Below are positions 22,400 through 38,172 of a stretch of DNA of 64,000 bases, one piece after another; positions within the stretch are counted from its first letter, which is position 1; the number at the start of each line of letters is the position of its first letter. The translations under genes were made by a program, and so were the position numbers. Origin of the DNA: the human T2T-CHM13v2.0 reference genome, Homo sapiens; assembly GCF_009914755.1 (NCBI RefSeq), contig NC_060936.1. One strand, 5' to 3'. The notes beneath the pieces are model-generated. The model made no database searches. It saw only the letters and a list, made by a program, of their open reading frames with translations, and had not been told where the DNA came from.

Positions 22400-24230
22400 T
22401 CCACTTTCAGCCAAGATAGAATAAGAGCCCAGATTCGCTCTCTTGCCTGAAACAAACAAAAGAACAGACAAAAATTAAACAGTTTGCAAGACACTAGACA
22501 TAAGAAAGCAAAAGGCAGATCCCTGAGAGACACAAAACATAGAAGATAAGCTTTGAGAGTTTTCAGGACCTGGCACCGGAAAGGATACCTATGCAGTCAT
22601 GAGGGACTCCCTGAGTTGAGGAGATGAAACTGAGCATCCAAGGACAGTGGGGTGGTTAGAGTCCTAAGACAGGGTAGCAGAGAAAAGAGGGCACAGAAAG
22701 ACAACTATGAAGACCTACAAAAAGTCTTGACTCATTCAGTAGAGTACTGATTAACACATGTGTGCAAGGAAACTACCTAAGGCTAGGCAAATACACACCT
22801 GAAAGGATTAGAAGGATGAATACGCAGAGCTCACAAAGACCTAAGAATAGTTTCTGTTCCCCAAAAACAGATTAAAATCCTTTGTTTCATAAAGAAATTG
22901 TTATACTACTCAGAAGAGTCTTGCCTCAGTGGTGGGAAATAATTAGCACTACACTAAATACTACTCTGCTCCCACTTAAATCTTAAAAGCAAGACCCAGA
23001 AAGATAAAACTGTTTCCAAATAATTTAACTGTGTCCCAAAATAAAGCTCAAGAACATGTATCAGAATATAAAAATATTGGGAGGTGGAGATTGCAGTGAG
23101 CTGAGATCACTCCATTGCACTCCAGCCTGTGCAACAAGAGTAAAACTCCGTCTCAAAAACAAAACAAAACAAAACAAAAACAACAACAACAACAACAACA
23201 ACAAAAATCCAGCATTTTAAAAACAAAGTTCACAGTATCTAACATCCAATAAAAATTTACCAGGCATGCAGAGAAGCATGAGAGAGAGAGAGAGAGTGAG
23301 AGTGAGTGTGTGTGTGTGTGGTGGGGGCAGGGGGGATAAACTTAAAACAGGCCCAGAAATGACACAGATGTCATTAAAACTTTATTGTACAGTTATTGTA
23401 ACTGAATTCCATATGTTCAAAGAACTAGAGAAAAGACTGAACATGTTGGATAGAGATAAAAAGACCAAGGCCGGGCAAGGTGGCTCACGCCTGTAATCCC
23501 AGCACTTTGGGAGGCCGAGGCAGGCAGATCACGAGCTCAGGAGATTGAGACCATCCTGGCTAACATGGTGAAACCCCATGTCTACTAACAATAAAAAATT
23601 AAAAAATTAACCAGGCGTGGTGGCGGGCACCTATAGTCCCAGCTACTCAGGAGGCTAAGGCAGTAGAATGGTATGAACACAGGAGGCGGAGCTTGCAGTG
23701 AGCCAAGATCGCGCCACTGCACTCCAGCCTGGGCGACACAGAGAGACTCTGTCTCAAAACAAAAAAAAAAAAACAAAATTGAGCTTCCAGAGACGAAAAC
23801 TACAATTTCTGAGATGAAAATTACACTGCATGGAATTAATGGCAGGTTAGATACTGCAGAAGAAAAAATCAATCAATCTGAAAACATGGCAACAGAAACT
23901 AACCAAAATGAAGCACAGAGACAAAAAATACTAAAAATAAATTAATAAACAACATCAGCAAGCTATGGCAGAACTTTAAGTGGTCTAATATTAGAATGTA
24001 ATTAAGAGTCTCCAAAGGAGGTGAAAGAGGAGAAAGAAAATATTTTTAGAAGTAATCTCCAAAAATTTTCAGTTTGATAAAAACTGTAAACCCATAGACC
24101 TATGGAACTCAATAAACCCCAAGCACTACAGATATAAAAAAAACTGCAAAGTATGTCAATCAAATTGCTTAAAACCAGCAATAAAGAGAACAGCAGCCAA
24201 AAAACCAGACAAAGTGCACTGCAAAGAACA
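22400..24230 (+). mobile_element. Old L1M 5'/ORF1 region containing a partial Alu (23078-23205) and an AluY-like copy (23469-23775)
   Basis: ORF1-like peptide [32 protein letters not shown]; Alu sequences are clear. Confidence 0.7.
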
Positions 24231-24637
24231 AAGATAACCTGTGCTCACTACCCTGTAGAGTGATGTAGCTGCACAATATCCATGCAGCTTCTAGCATTAT
24301 ATGTTCAATTACATCACAGATGCCTCTTGGAAACAACAGTGCTTTAAATCCTGTAATGGTGTGCACCTCACCATTGGCCTGTGCAATCTAATAGCATACA
24401 ACAGTTTAGGGGTCTTCTGATCTGAGGTCTCTGACAAAGCATCTCTAACTTTTTCTTACCTCCTAGGAATCTTATTAAAAACAAATACACACATAATAAA
24501 TTCTCTCTTCCTCTGTCTCTCCCCATCTCTCCCTCTCCTATCCCCTATACCTCCAAAGCACACATAAACCAAGACACCGACTGAATTAGAGGATTTTTCC
24601 CATCCCATTTTAGGAAAAAATATTCTCTCTTAGGCTA

Positions 24638-24942
24638 CTTTTTGTTTGTTTGTTTGTTTTGGAGAGAGAAAGAGTCTCGCTCTGTCGCCCAGGCTGGGGT
24701 GCAGTGGCACGATCTTGGCTCACTGCAACCTCCGCCTCCAGGTTCAAACAATTCTCATGCCTCACCCTCCTGAGCAGCTGGGAAGACAAGCATGTACCAC
24801 TACACCCAGCTAATATTTGTATTTTCAATGGAGACAGGGTTTCACCATGTTGGCCAGGCTGGTCTCGAACTCCTGACCTCAGGTGATCCACACAACTCGG
24901 CCTCCCAAAGATCTGGGATTAGTCATGAGCCACTGCACCCAG
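24638..24942 (-). mobile_element. Alu (AluS-like)
   Basis: Reverse-complement Alu with (TTTG)n tail. Confidence 0.92.
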
Positions 24943-25417
24943 CAGTGTCTTAGACTTCTAATGGAATATTGCCACTACTTGTCTCCAAAGAAACATAAGA
25001 ATGCTTTATCATACAACAGTCTAGGTGTCATTACCTATTTTAAATCTATAAAAACAAATCTTTAACACTGCAGTACTTGCCATTTAATAATCTAAAATAG
25101 GCCAATCTTTTACAAAGAATACTTTAAGGCGGCAAATACTGCTATGCCAAAAATTCTTAATAAATTAATGACTGAAACTGAGTATTATACTTTGATCTGA
25201 GCTTCCCAGCAGCCAAAACAAAATGGGAACCTGTATACTAGGTTATACAGTTTTCATTAGCACAAAAAGAGTATATTAATCATTGGTAAAGTAATTTCCG
25301 TTTTATTAGAATATATCAAATGATCCCCATATTTAAAAAGGTTTTGCTAACATGGTACATAGTAACACAATAACAACATGTACTGACCACTTACTAGATC
25401 AAAGTACCATACTAATA

Positions 25418-25703
25418 CTTTTTTTTGAGTCAGGGTCTCGCGCTGTTGCCCAGGGTAAAGTGTGGTGGTGTAACCATGGCTCCCTGAAGCCTCAAACTCC
25501 TAGGCTCAAACAAGTCTCCTGACTCAGCCTCTCTAGTAGCTGGGACTACAGGTGCATGCCACTATGTCAGGCTAACTTATTTTACTTTACTTTTTAGAGA
25601 CAGAGTTACCCAGTTACGTTACCCAGGCTGGTTTCAAACTCCTAGCCTCAAGTGATCCTCCTGCCTCCTGAAGTTCTCAAGGTGGGAGCCACCATGCTCA
25701 GCC
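25418..25703 (-). mobile_element. Alu (AluJ-like)
   Basis: Diverged reverse-complement Alu. Confidence 0.85.
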
Positions 25704-26103
25704 TGAACTAACACTTTCTATGCACTGTCTCATTTCATCCTTACAGTCATCCTATGAGCTAGGCACTATTATCATTACCATTCACTACTGATGCAGAAAT
25801 GTTCTTTAAATGAATATCTCTTATATCTTTTTCCTATAAAAGCCAAAGAGATGACATTAAATCTTAGAAAAAGCATTTTTGTAGGCAGACTAGATAATGC
25901 ACGTATATTTTAAAAATAATCATCTTTCATAAACCTTCATTGAAATATTTCTTGATCTTTGTTGAATTTACTTTTCTAAACTTACAATTTGCGCAAATTG
26001 CAAGCATCCATTAAACAAATAGCTAAATTGCTTCAAAATGTGTGTTTATATGTATACATGATGTTTCTTTAGCTTATTTTTGCCAAATAAATATCACACA
26101 GAA

Positions 26104-26179
26104 ACTAGATATGTTTATCTTAAAAAACAGAAGCCTTACTAGATATGTTTATCTTAAAAAACAGAAGCCTTACTAGATA
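26104..26179. repeat. Perfect 34-bp tandem duplication
   Basis: ACTAGATATGTTTATCTTAAAAAACAGAAGCCTT twice, then ACTAGATA. Confidence 0.95.
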
Positions 26180-26430
26180 AATTATATTTGTGAGCAAACA
26201 TTTGGGAAGTTTTCACATGGAGGAACATCCAAAGTTACCAACAGGGAGGCTATAGGGTAGATGACTTCATTTTAATAGGAGAGAGAAAATGTTTAACATA
26301 CTTTAATCTATAAATACAATTGGATCACTTTAAAAAGTTCACCAGGTTCTCTAGCACTGAAAGCACTGAAGCAGAAAATGAAGAGAGTCCTGTCTGAAAG
26401 ATGTTCTAAAAAGGATTCTGCTTTGGACAG

Positions 26431-26859
26431 TGTATTCGTTTCCTAGGTTGCCATAATAAAATACCAGAAACGACGCAGCTTTAAATAACAGAAGTTTGTT
26501 CTTTCACAGTTTTGGAGGCTATTAGTCTGAAATCAAGGTGTGTTGACAGGCCTTGCTCCCCCTAAAATCTGCAGGGAAGAAACTTTCCTTGCCTCTTTCT
26601 AGCTTCTGGAGCACTTAAATCTCTGCCTCCACCATCACATAGTGCTCCTCTCTACCCCATCTGTCTCCATCTCTCTTCTCCTCTTTTTTTAAGGACACCA
26701 GTAATATTGAGTTAAAGGCTCATCATACTCCAATATGACCTCATCAGCTTAACTAATTACATCTGTAATGAACCTACATCCAAATAAGGTCACCTTCTGA
26801 GGTACTAGGAGTTAGGACTTCAACATATCCTGGTTGGGGATACAACTCAACCCATAATA
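26431..26859 (-). mobile_element. MLT1-family MaLR solo LTR
   Basis: tgtattcgtttcctaggttgccataataaaatacc...aaataaggtcaccttctgaggtactagg...caactcaacccata. Confidence 0.8.
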
Positions 26860-28510
26860 GATTCAAAGAAAAACTAGATGATTACCAACTCTAAGATGCT
26901 GAGGCTGTAGGTATGTTTGACACAGACAGTGCAATATATGAACAACAATCCCAATTCATTCATTTATTTCAATTTTTCACGTCATTCATTCAACAAATAG
27001 ATGTTTACTAGGCATTATCCTAAACACTGAAGACACACTGAAAAAAAGTTCCTGCCTTCATGGAGCCTGAATTCAAATAAACATGTCATAATCTATGAAT
27101 ATTTACTATGTGGAAAGTATGGCAGTAAAAATGTAGATGTTATCTCATTAGTCCTCACAACTCTTGTTAAGCAGAAACTTTTATCCGCTTTACCACATGA
27201 GAAAACTAGGCATAGAGACATAGTTACTTGTTGAAGTTATCATCTTCTGGAAGAACTGTCCCTTTTTTTTCATTATAAACATCCTTTTTATCTTTAGTGA
27301 TACTCTTTGTCTGGAAGTCTCTTTTATCTGAATTAATATAACTACTCCAGCCTTCTGGATGTGCTTTACTTACTTTCTGGATGTGCTTGGTACAAATAAT
27401 CACATTTAGATGTCACTCTCATGAAACAGAATAATTAAATTTGCAATACCTGAAGAATCTCTCAAATATCTTGGGTTCAGCATTCACAGCTTCCACTCAT
27501 ACAGGGCTCTAAATTTTTGCAAAACAAATTAATGCATTGATTCTACAGGCTTAAATTACATTTCCCTCTTCGATTTACATTTCTGAGGTTTATATTTGTA
27601 TATTTAAATGTCCTAAATATACCTAGGAATGAAACAGTGAGCATAGTGGAGGCTCCAAGCCAGGCTTAGTGGTGTTCCCAGCAATGGTAGATTTGAAAAA
27701 GTTATTGAATGACAAACTTACAAGGCTTCTGTCAAAGGATATCTAAGAGTTGGGTGATATGCCAGACTAGGTGACTTGAAAGATGCCTTCTTACTCTATG
27801 AACTTCTGACTCTAATATTAATAATACCTTATTATTTGTACCAATCAGATTGTTAGGCAGAAATAAATAGCTGGTGCTCTTCAGAGATTAAATAAATATG
27901 GGAAAATATTATTCGTGAGAACCTACTAATCTGAAATTTACAGGAAATTTGACTGGAGTTTAAAGTCTGGCTTTGCTCAATTTTCCAGACAAATGAAAAA
28001 ATGAATAGCGTGAAAATGATCTAAAGAAACTGTACTTCAGCACTTTGGAGACAACTATCTTTTGCTTTACAAACCCATTTGTGTTACAATGTACACATAA
28101 ATTATGTTCACATACTGTTTTTACAGTCTCTTTTAAGAAGCTCTTTAAGAATAGCTGTCCTTTTTTAGCTTTCAGTTATAATGCATATACAAATACTAGT
28201 AACTCTTTTAAAAAAATTCTTTAATTCTGAATTTTTATCAATTCAAACTCACTTTTTCCCTAATTATTCTTAATGGTTAAATATTATTTATATCAGAATA
28301 GGCAATATAATACCAATTTACATAAAATAACAGTTTCATGGCTCCCTTACATGGTAGCTAACATTCTAAAATATATGAAAGAAGATTAAATTGTACCACT
28401 TGGAGATACAGCAAAGTAATCATTAAGGATATAGACAGAAATTGCCATATTCACCAAAACTACTTACTTCCACTACGTATCTGACTGCTTTTATACTAAC
28501 TCAAAACTCA

Positions 28511-28750
<240 letters not shown>

Positions 28751-29145
28751 TCAACACCACAGAAAAACAAGACCAATATCACACATTCCTTTAAACCCAC
28801 AAGTATCTTTTATTTACAGAGTTTCATTTAATTATTAACACTGTAGTTTTGGAATGCAATTTTACTTTGGTGGGAGATGGGGAACACATTTAGCCATCTG
28901 GATACATTTAATCTTATACGTCCTGCTACTTTCAAAATAAGGCTTATAAATTCATAACCCACTTGATATCATACTTAGTTTGGAACAAAGTAATTTTAAA
29001 GTAAAAATTTTACTATATTAAAAAAGTTTTAAATGTATACATTGCAAAATAACAAAATTATACTATATTCTATAGCAAACATTCAGCCAAGATAATGCCA
29101 ATAACTTTTTAAAACCAAACCCCACTTCTAGATTTAAGTAATTTA

Positions 29146-29349
<204 letters not shown>

Positions 29350-29509
29350 TTAGTTTTCTTTCCAAGGGTATTTCCCACTCCTTTCTTGCTAAGGCAGAAT
29401 CTCAGGAAGCCAAATTATACCTGCACAGAGAAATAAACATAATTACATAATTTGCGATCAGTAAACGTAAGCCTCCTTTAATGTTACATATTTTTATCAC
29501 TTTTATTAT

Positions 29510-30110
<601 letters not shown>

Positions 30111-30649
30111 TGACCATCAAAATCACATCTTCAAGTATTAACCTAGCTCCACTAGAAGCAGACTTTCCCAGTTTAGGTAGTCTTAAATTCACAAACCAGA
30201 GTCATGTTTCCTGAAGCTACCACAGTAAGCTTCAAGTATAGATCCTGGTATAAAATCCATACTCCCAAATCAGAGGAAAAGCTATTTGGAACTTGGTAAC
30301 TGGCTAGGGAGAATCAAGGTCTTCAAAAGGTGACCTTCAGCAAGTAACTATGCCTATGATTAATGCTTTGAAGGGTCTTTTACTTGACACAAGGCAAGCT
30401 GCACCCAGACTACAGATTCACATGAGAAATTTGTCAACACATAAATATTGATCAACTCCTATGTGTTATACACTGTGTTAAGAAAACTAAATCTCACCTA
30501 TCTCCAAAAGCACTGACTCAGTATTACAAACGTCACTGTTTATTTCATCTAGAAATAAAAAATGATGTTTCAAAGTGTTCTTATAACTAAGAACAAAAAT
30601 TTTAATTAAAATAGTTGTCTCCTTTAATTTCTTTCTCTAGTCCCATAAT

Positions 30650-30650
<1 letters not shown>

Positions 30651-30688
<38 letters not shown>

Positions 30689-30692
30689 TACA
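30651..30692. repeat. (CA)n microsatellite
   Basis: Directly visible; other (CA)n runs at ~33370-33392 and ~62095-62117. Confidence 0.95.
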
Positions 30693-31094
30693 TATTTTTT
30701 TCCTGATAGAATCTTCCTTAGCCATGGGTTATTACAAATCACTTCTTATAACAAAAAAAAATCTTTGTCCTATGCAAACCGACCATTAAATTATTCAGCC
30801 TTGCTTGAATTATACCATCTCTGATAAATTAGTGTGATATCTACGTATTACTTAAGACAATCTTTAAACTATAATTGCAGTTGTTTTGGTTTCCTCTGAA
30901 ATTATATTTTAATACAGAGGGAAAAGTCCCTCAAGAACACTATACTCCTTACTCTTAGATTTAACACGCACTGGGATTCAATCTTTGTAAATACAGAATG
31001 CGCTATCTGTAGCAGCTACCACAAAATTATCCTGCCAAAAGTACACATTTGCCAAGGAATTAATGAATTGCATCATAAAACTGGCATTCAATTT

Positions 31095-31480
31095 TTACTC
31101 TACTGTGGGTAAAATGCTATCAAATAGAATCTCATGCTCCAAAGAAATCTTTCATGAAAGGAAGAGTCAACTGATGTGGCAAACTTCACTGTTGTCTCAT
31201 TTTAAGAAACTGCTACAGCCATCCCAACCTTCAGCAACCATCTAAATAGTTAGCAGCCATCAGCAGAAAGGCCAGACCCTTCACCTGCTAATAGATGATT
31301 ACTCACTGAAGGCTCAGGTGATCAATAGCATTTTTTAGCAACAAAGTACTTTCCAATTAAGGTATCTACATTTTAAAGACATAATTATATTGTAAACTTA
31401 ACAGACTACAGTATACTGTAAACATAACTTTTCCATGCACTGAGAAACCAGAAAATTCTTGTGACTTGTTTTATTGCAGT
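31095..31480 (+). mobile_element. Tigger1 3' fragment
   Basis: tactgtgggtaaaatgctatcaaa...gaaaggaagagtcaactgatgtggcaaacttcactgttgtc matches the Tigger1 transposase end and 3' region. Confidence 0.8.
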
Positions 31481-31489
31481 AGCAATCCA

Positions 31490-32370
31490 AATAAGTTAAA
31501 ATAAGGAAACACTAATTCCTAAATGTAAGTTTAGATTTACTCTTGACTTCTAAAGCTTTACAGGAAGAAAAAATATTTGGGGGTTAATAAATATGTTTGG
31601 TTCCACATTAAAAATTATTCTGTGGAAAAAATACATTTTTAAAGATTATAAAATGTGTCTTTATAAAATGTTGATATGTGACAGCTCAAAATTGCTTACT
31701 TCCTAGGTTTTCACTAAAAGTTAAGATTACTAAGATTTAACTAAAAATTAAGATTGCTAAGAGTTAAAATTCTAGTTAATACATAGAATTCTGTATGCAA
31801 AGGGTACAAGAAAAAAACAAAATTTGTTTTTGGTGAAAAAAGTGTTTTAAATGGCATAAAAATGTGTTTTTATTTAAAAAGTAATTTGTCTAATTCAGAA
31901 GTTATTGAAAGATTATTTCAAAATATGAATTTGGAAAAACATGAAAACAAGGCAGAAAGGAACAAGTGAAAAACAGACACAAAAAACTATGAGAATGTAT
32001 TTTTGGTAAGAAAAGAGAATGACAGTAATTTTTGTATAAAAAAACTTATGTGGTTGAAATGATAGAAAAAAAGGGAAGTAAATTTTTGTCCTAAGGTAAA
32101 ATGATTGTTTCAGTATAAACAAGAGAAATATAAGACAAAACTAAAGGACTGAGCAAGCTGTAGAAGGTCTGGGCAAATTATGAAAGGTTTGTGAGAGATG
32201 AATCTTATGAAAGAAATTTTATTTGTGAACAAATTGGCTAAAATGAAAAGTAAATTGTTTATAGGTTTGTCTTAAAATTGAGTCCTCATATCAAAAGTAC
32301 ACTGATACAACACTAAAATTTGATCTTCTCTTTTAAAACAAGATTTTCTTATTGATTGCTCTCAATGAAA
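31490..32370. mobile_element. Probable ERV1 (MER4/MER34-group) internal non-coding fragment
   Basis: AT-rich tract with cttacttcctaggttttcactaaaa...aagagttaaaattcta, resembling MER4-group internal sequence; identified from recall only. Confidence 0.4.
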
Positions 32371-32439
32371 AAATAATAAAAGTAGATTTTAAAAGGCAAA
32401 AAACCCCCACTATTTAAAATGGAGAGAGAAATTAATAAT

Positions 32440-35400
32440 GATAAAGGTTAAATACACCAGAAAGATGTGACAATTTTAAATTTACATGCACTTACTATGG
32501 CCACTAAATATGTAAGGCAGAAGTTGTCAAAACTATAAGGAGAAATAGACAAATTCACAATGATAGGAGGAGAATTTCACCACTATTCTTGGTAACTAAT
32601 GGGACAAGAAGATTTAAAAAAATAATCAGTAAGAACACAGATAATTTAAACAACACACTTAACCATGCTGACCTAACTGACATATGGAAGACTATACCCT
32701 GTAACTACAGAATACACACTCCTCACAAGTATACACATAACATTTATAAATGTTGACCACATGCCAGGTATTTAAAAAAAATTTCAAACATTTTAAAAGA
32801 CCAAGATCATACAAGATACCTTCTCTGACCACAATGCTATTAAACTAAACTCAATACAAAAAATAATCAGAAAAGCCACATATGCTTACAAAGTAAGAAA
32901 TACATTTCTAAATAACTTATGAATCAAAGAAAAGGTCAAAATAGAAATTAGAAAATATGTAGTACTAAATGAAAATTGATACTCCATTTTAAAACTTATG
33001 GAATAAAGGTTTCTACTTTGAGGAAGATGGAACAGATATACATTTTCCTTTTATACTCATTAATATAACTAAGAGTCCTGGATTTAGGTATATGACAAAC
33101 GTAAGACTCTGAATAATGGAGACTAGAAGGCTGACTAGCTATGGACCTGAGAATGTAAGGACAAATACAGTGGTGAGTTTATTTCCCTGGGTTTTCTTTT
33201 TCATATATCTCAGACACAGAGCTGAAGAAACTGGCAACCAGGAAACACCAATTAATTCAGACAAATAAGTCTTGAACAAAAAAGCCTACTCTCTAGCCAA
33301 AGGAACAAAAAAGAGGGAGCCTAGCAAGATAATATGTAGACAATTACAATCTACTCTATCCAAATACCATACACACACACACACACACACACAAAAAAAA
33401 ACTGTAGCTCCACCCCCATCCACACAAGCAAAGATTAGGTGGAAGCCAAGCTAGGCTGTAATAAAATACCCTAATACTGGGCCAAGATGGTGCACAAGAA
33501 GGCTCACCAGAAAACAGAAACTTCCATTGCTTCCTGAACCGTAATAAAGCTCAATGATCCTGCAATGTCAGAGGAGACCACATGGAAAACCTAAACTTTC
33601 ACCCCCCACCAAGAGTAACAAAGAGGACCTCCCTCACCCCACTGAAATGCTGGCACAGAAGGCCTAGTGGAGACTTATGACAGGCAGAACCACCAACAGT
33701 AATGAGGCTACCCTCTCCAGGGTATCAGGGAAGATCACATGGGGAGCCAGAACTACAGCTACCTGGCAATAACAAAGACCCCTCCCGCAACCCCCCTCCC
33801 AAAAAAAACTAAGGTGTCAACAGAGGCCATCTTAGAAACCTCGACTTGCTAGGCACTATGGCTTGTGACTGCAAATCCCAGCCACTCAGAAAGTGAGGTG
33901 GGAGGATTGGTTGAGACCAGGAGTTCGAGACCAGCCTGGGCAACACAGTGAGACCTTGTCTCAAAAACAAACAAAAAAAAGTCATTAGCTAGGCATGGTG
34001 GCATGTGCCTATATGCCCAGGTACTTGGGAGGCTAAGGTAGGAGGATTGCTTAAGCCCAGTTCAAGGCTGCAGTGAGCTATGATTATGCCACCACACTCT
34101 AGCCCAGGCAACAAAGCAAGATTCCCACCTCTTAAAAAAAAACAAAAACACAAACAAAAAAACCTTGTACTTCCATCTCCACCTGGCAAAAACAAGGTAG
34201 TATGCCCTCTTTCCTCTACCAGAAAAGTGTCAGAAAAAGCCAGCTAAAACAAAAAGTTTAGATAGAATCCACAATATTATAATATCCCAAATGTCCAAGT
34301 TTCGATAGAGAACCACTGGTCGGCCAGGCACAGTGGCTTACACCTGTAATCCCAGCACTTTGGGAGGCCGAGGCAGGTGGATCACCTGAGGTCAGGAGTT
34401 CGAGACCAGCCTGGCCAACATGGCAAAACCCCATCTCTACTAAAAATACAAAAATTAGCAGGGTGTGGTGGTGCACGTCTGTCATCTCAGCTACTCAGGA
34501 GGCTGAGGCAGGAGAACGCTTGAACCCAGGAGGCAGGGGTTGCAGTGAGCTGTGATCACACCACAGCACTCCCGCCTGGGCAACAGAGGAAGACTCCATC
34601 TCAAAAATACATACATACATACATACATACATACATTAAAAAAAGAAATCCACTGATCATATCAAGAATGAAGATTTCAAACTGAATGAAAAAAGATAAC
34701 AAGCCAACACTATGATGACAGGAATGTTATGGTTATCTGACAAAGACTTTAAAGCACTGATGATAAAAATGCTTAAACAAACAATGACAAACAAGCTTGA
34801 AATAAATGAAAAGAGGGTCACAGCAAAGAAATACAAGTCTCAGAAAAGAAGGTAAAAAGAAGAACCAAGTGGAAATTTTAAAACTGAAAAATACGGCTAA
34901 GCCTGGTGGCTCATGCCTGTAATCCTAGCACTTTGGGAGGCTGAGGCAGGTGGGTTACTTGAGGCCAGGAGTTCGAGATCAGCCTGGCCAACATGGTGAA
35001 ACCCTGTCTCTACTAAAAACACAAAAATTAGCCAGGTGATGTGGCATGCGCCTGTAGTCCAGCTACTCAGGAGGCTGAGGCAGGAGAACTGCTTGAATCT
35101 GGGAGGCAGAGGCTGCAGTGAGCCAAGATTGTGTCACTGCACTCCAGCCTGGGTGACAGACCGAGACTCTGTCTTTAAAAAGAAAAGAAAAAAATACAAT
35201 GACCAAAATAAAAATATTAGATGAGCTCATCAGCAGAAATAGAGAGGAAGAGGAAAAGAATTAATGCACTGGGAAGATACAACTACAGAAATTACTCGGC
35301 TGAACAATAGACAGAAAATAGACATACAAAATAAATAAGCAGCTCAGGGACTGTCAGAACTAACAAAAAATACCTACCATTCCTGTGCTTGGTGTATGAT

Positions 35401-37865
35401 TCCATTTATATGAAATATCCAGAATAGATAAATACATAGAAGGTAGGCTGATGATTTCCAGGGACTAAGGGAATGGGGAAATGGGAGTTGACTGCTTAAT
35501 GGTTACAAGGTTTTCTTTGATGTGGTAAAATGTTTTGGAACTAGATAATGGTAGTTGTTACGCAATGCTGTGAATGTAATAAATGCCACTAAATTATATA
35601 CTTTAAAATAGTTAATGTTATGCTATATTAATTTCACCTCAATAAAAAAAGAGAAAAATAAACCTAGCAAACTAGAAACTTAAAAGTGCATCAATCTCAT
35701 CAAAGGTGTATATAAAAAGAGTATTTTAAAACACCACACCTGACTTTAAAATCTTAAAACATCTTTTTCTGAGAGTGTGATCAAAACAAGAAAGTCCATT
35801 ATTGCTACTTTTATTCAATATTGTATTGAAGAACTAGAACAAAACAAAGGAATAGAAGGTATAAAAACTAAAAAAAAAAAATCTTTATATACACATGTTC
35901 TGATTGTGTATGTAGAAAATCTAAACAAATTTACAGAAAAATAATTAGAAAAAGCAAGTTAGCAAGATTGGCAGATAGAGCAATATACAAAAATTAATTG
36001 CATTCCATATGCCAGCAACAAAATATTTTTTATTTTTTTCAATAGTGATATTCTTTAACAACAATGTATGTTTAAAGACATTCTTAATAATATAAAAAAT
36101 ATCAAAAACCTAGGTAAAAAGATGTGCAAACTATTTATTATAGGAAAACTGTGGCTAGCTACTGAAACAAACTAAAAAAGACCTAATAGAGATATGGACT
36201 AGGTGTATGGATTAGAAAACATTCTAAAGAGACAAATTCTCCCCAATCTACAGATGATGTGATATCAATTAATATCCAAATGAGTGTGTCTCTATGTGTG
36301 AGAAACTTAACATGCTGATTCAAAAATTTATGTGGAAATACAAAAGACAGGCCAACAACAGTGGAAATGATTTTAAAGAAAAAAATGAGAAGACTTTACT
36401 ATATATCAGTACTTACTACAAATATACAGTAATTAAGATGGTATAGTATGCCATTGGCTTAATTATAGACAAAGAGACCAATAAAACAGGACACAGCCCA
36501 TAAACTGACCTACCCATATAAGATAATTTAGAACAAAGGTGGTTTTGCTGAACCGTAAGGAGAAGAGAGTCTTCAATAAAGGCCACTGGGACAACTAGAT
36601 AACCTTGTAGAAAAAAAGAAACTTGCGCCTTTCTTTTTATTACACACTAAAATTAATTCTAGTTGGACTGAAGATCTAAATGTGAAAAGCAGAAGCACAA
36701 AGTTGCCACAATATAGGAAAAAATATTCAGTAACTCAAGGCAGGAAAAATAGCACGTCTAAAATCTAAAAGGTGATTCCCAGATAAATAATGAGACCGAG
36801 CACCTTTTCTTTGTTTACTGGCCATTTAGATATCTTCTTTTATAAAATATCCATTTGCATCTTTTGCCCAATTTTTTCTATTGAATTGTCTTTTCAATTA
36901 CTAATTTGTAAAAATTATTCATAATATTTAAATCTCAATGAGAAAACCAAAAAGACTGACGATAAGTCTGGAGAGGAGAGGAAGCAAAGGTTGTAGTGTA
37001 AACTGGCATATTCACTTTGGGAAAAAAACTAGCATTATCTACTAAGGTTAAAAAAAAATACATATACTATGACTCAGTAATTCCTCTCCTGGGCATATAT
37101 CCACTTGAAATGTGGTATACACAGGTCCACAAAAAGATTTATATGATACTGTTCATAGCAGTATTATTCCTAACAACTGAAACCTAGAAACAAATCCAAT
37201 GACCATCAACAGTTGAAGAAACGAATAGTGGTATAATGGAACTAGCACTATACTGCAATAAAAATAAGCTATAGATCAAGTTTGTCCAACCTGTAGCCCA
37301 TGGGCCACATACAGCCTATGATGGCTTTGAACGCAGCCCAATACAAATTCATAAACTTTCTTAAAACCTTATGAGAGTTTGTTTTGCATGGTTTTTTTTG
37401 TTTTGTTTTGTTTTTTAGTTCATCAGCTTTCGTTACTGTTAGTGTATTTTATGTGTGGCCCAAGATAATTCTTCTTCCAGTGTGGCCCAGGGAAGCCGAA
37501 AGACTGGACACCCCTGCTATAGATACTCTATATATATAGGGTGAATATTACAGACATATTGTCCAGAAGAAGCCAAACATAAAAGAATATACACTAAATT
37601 ATTACAAATAGATTATTACAAATATATAAAGTTTAAAAATTAAATACAAGCACTATAGTATATAGGGGATACATGCTTAGGTATAAGCATGTATAAAGAA
37701 AGGAACTATATTATCATTAAAGTCAGGAAAATATTACTTGATGAGGCTAGTAACGTTCTACTTCTTGATTTTTGTGGATATATGGAGGTTTGCTTTGTAA
37801 CTTGCTTTGTAAATCACTCAGCTGTACATTGTTGTGTACTTTTCTATATGTATATTATAATTCAT
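32440..37865 (+). mobile_element. Mosaic of old L1M fragments with Alus (33850-34160, 34322-34645, 34895-35190; all +) and MER30
   Basis: Degenerate L1 EN region, 5'-UTR/ORF1 pieces, an L1MB-like 3' end (~35395-35650) and an ORF2/3' region. Confidence 0.65.
37277..37516 (+). mobile_element. MER30 hAT-Charlie MITE
   Basis: Termini caagtttgtccaa...ctggacacccctg; 8-bp TSD CTATAGAT at 37269-37276 and 37517-37524. Confidence 0.88.
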
Positions 37866-37867
37866 AA

Positions 37868-38172
37868 TTTTTTTTGAGACATTCTCATTCTGTCATCCAC
37901 GCTGGAGTGCAATGGCATGATCACAGCTTACTGCACCATCAATCTCCCAAGCTCAAGTCACCTCAGTCTCCCAAGTAGCTGGTACTACAGGCACATGTCA
38001 TTAGGCCTGGCTTTTTAAATTTTTTTTATTTATTTTAATTTTTATTTTTATTTTGTAGAGACAAGGTCCCACTATGTTGCCCAGGCTTGGCTTGAACTCC
38101 CACACTCAAGCCATCCTCCCACCTTGACCTGCTAAAATGTTAGGATTACAGGAATGAGCCACTGCAACCAAC
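37868..38172 (-). mobile_element. Alu (AluJ-like)
   Basis: Diverged reverse-complement Alu. Confidence 0.85.
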
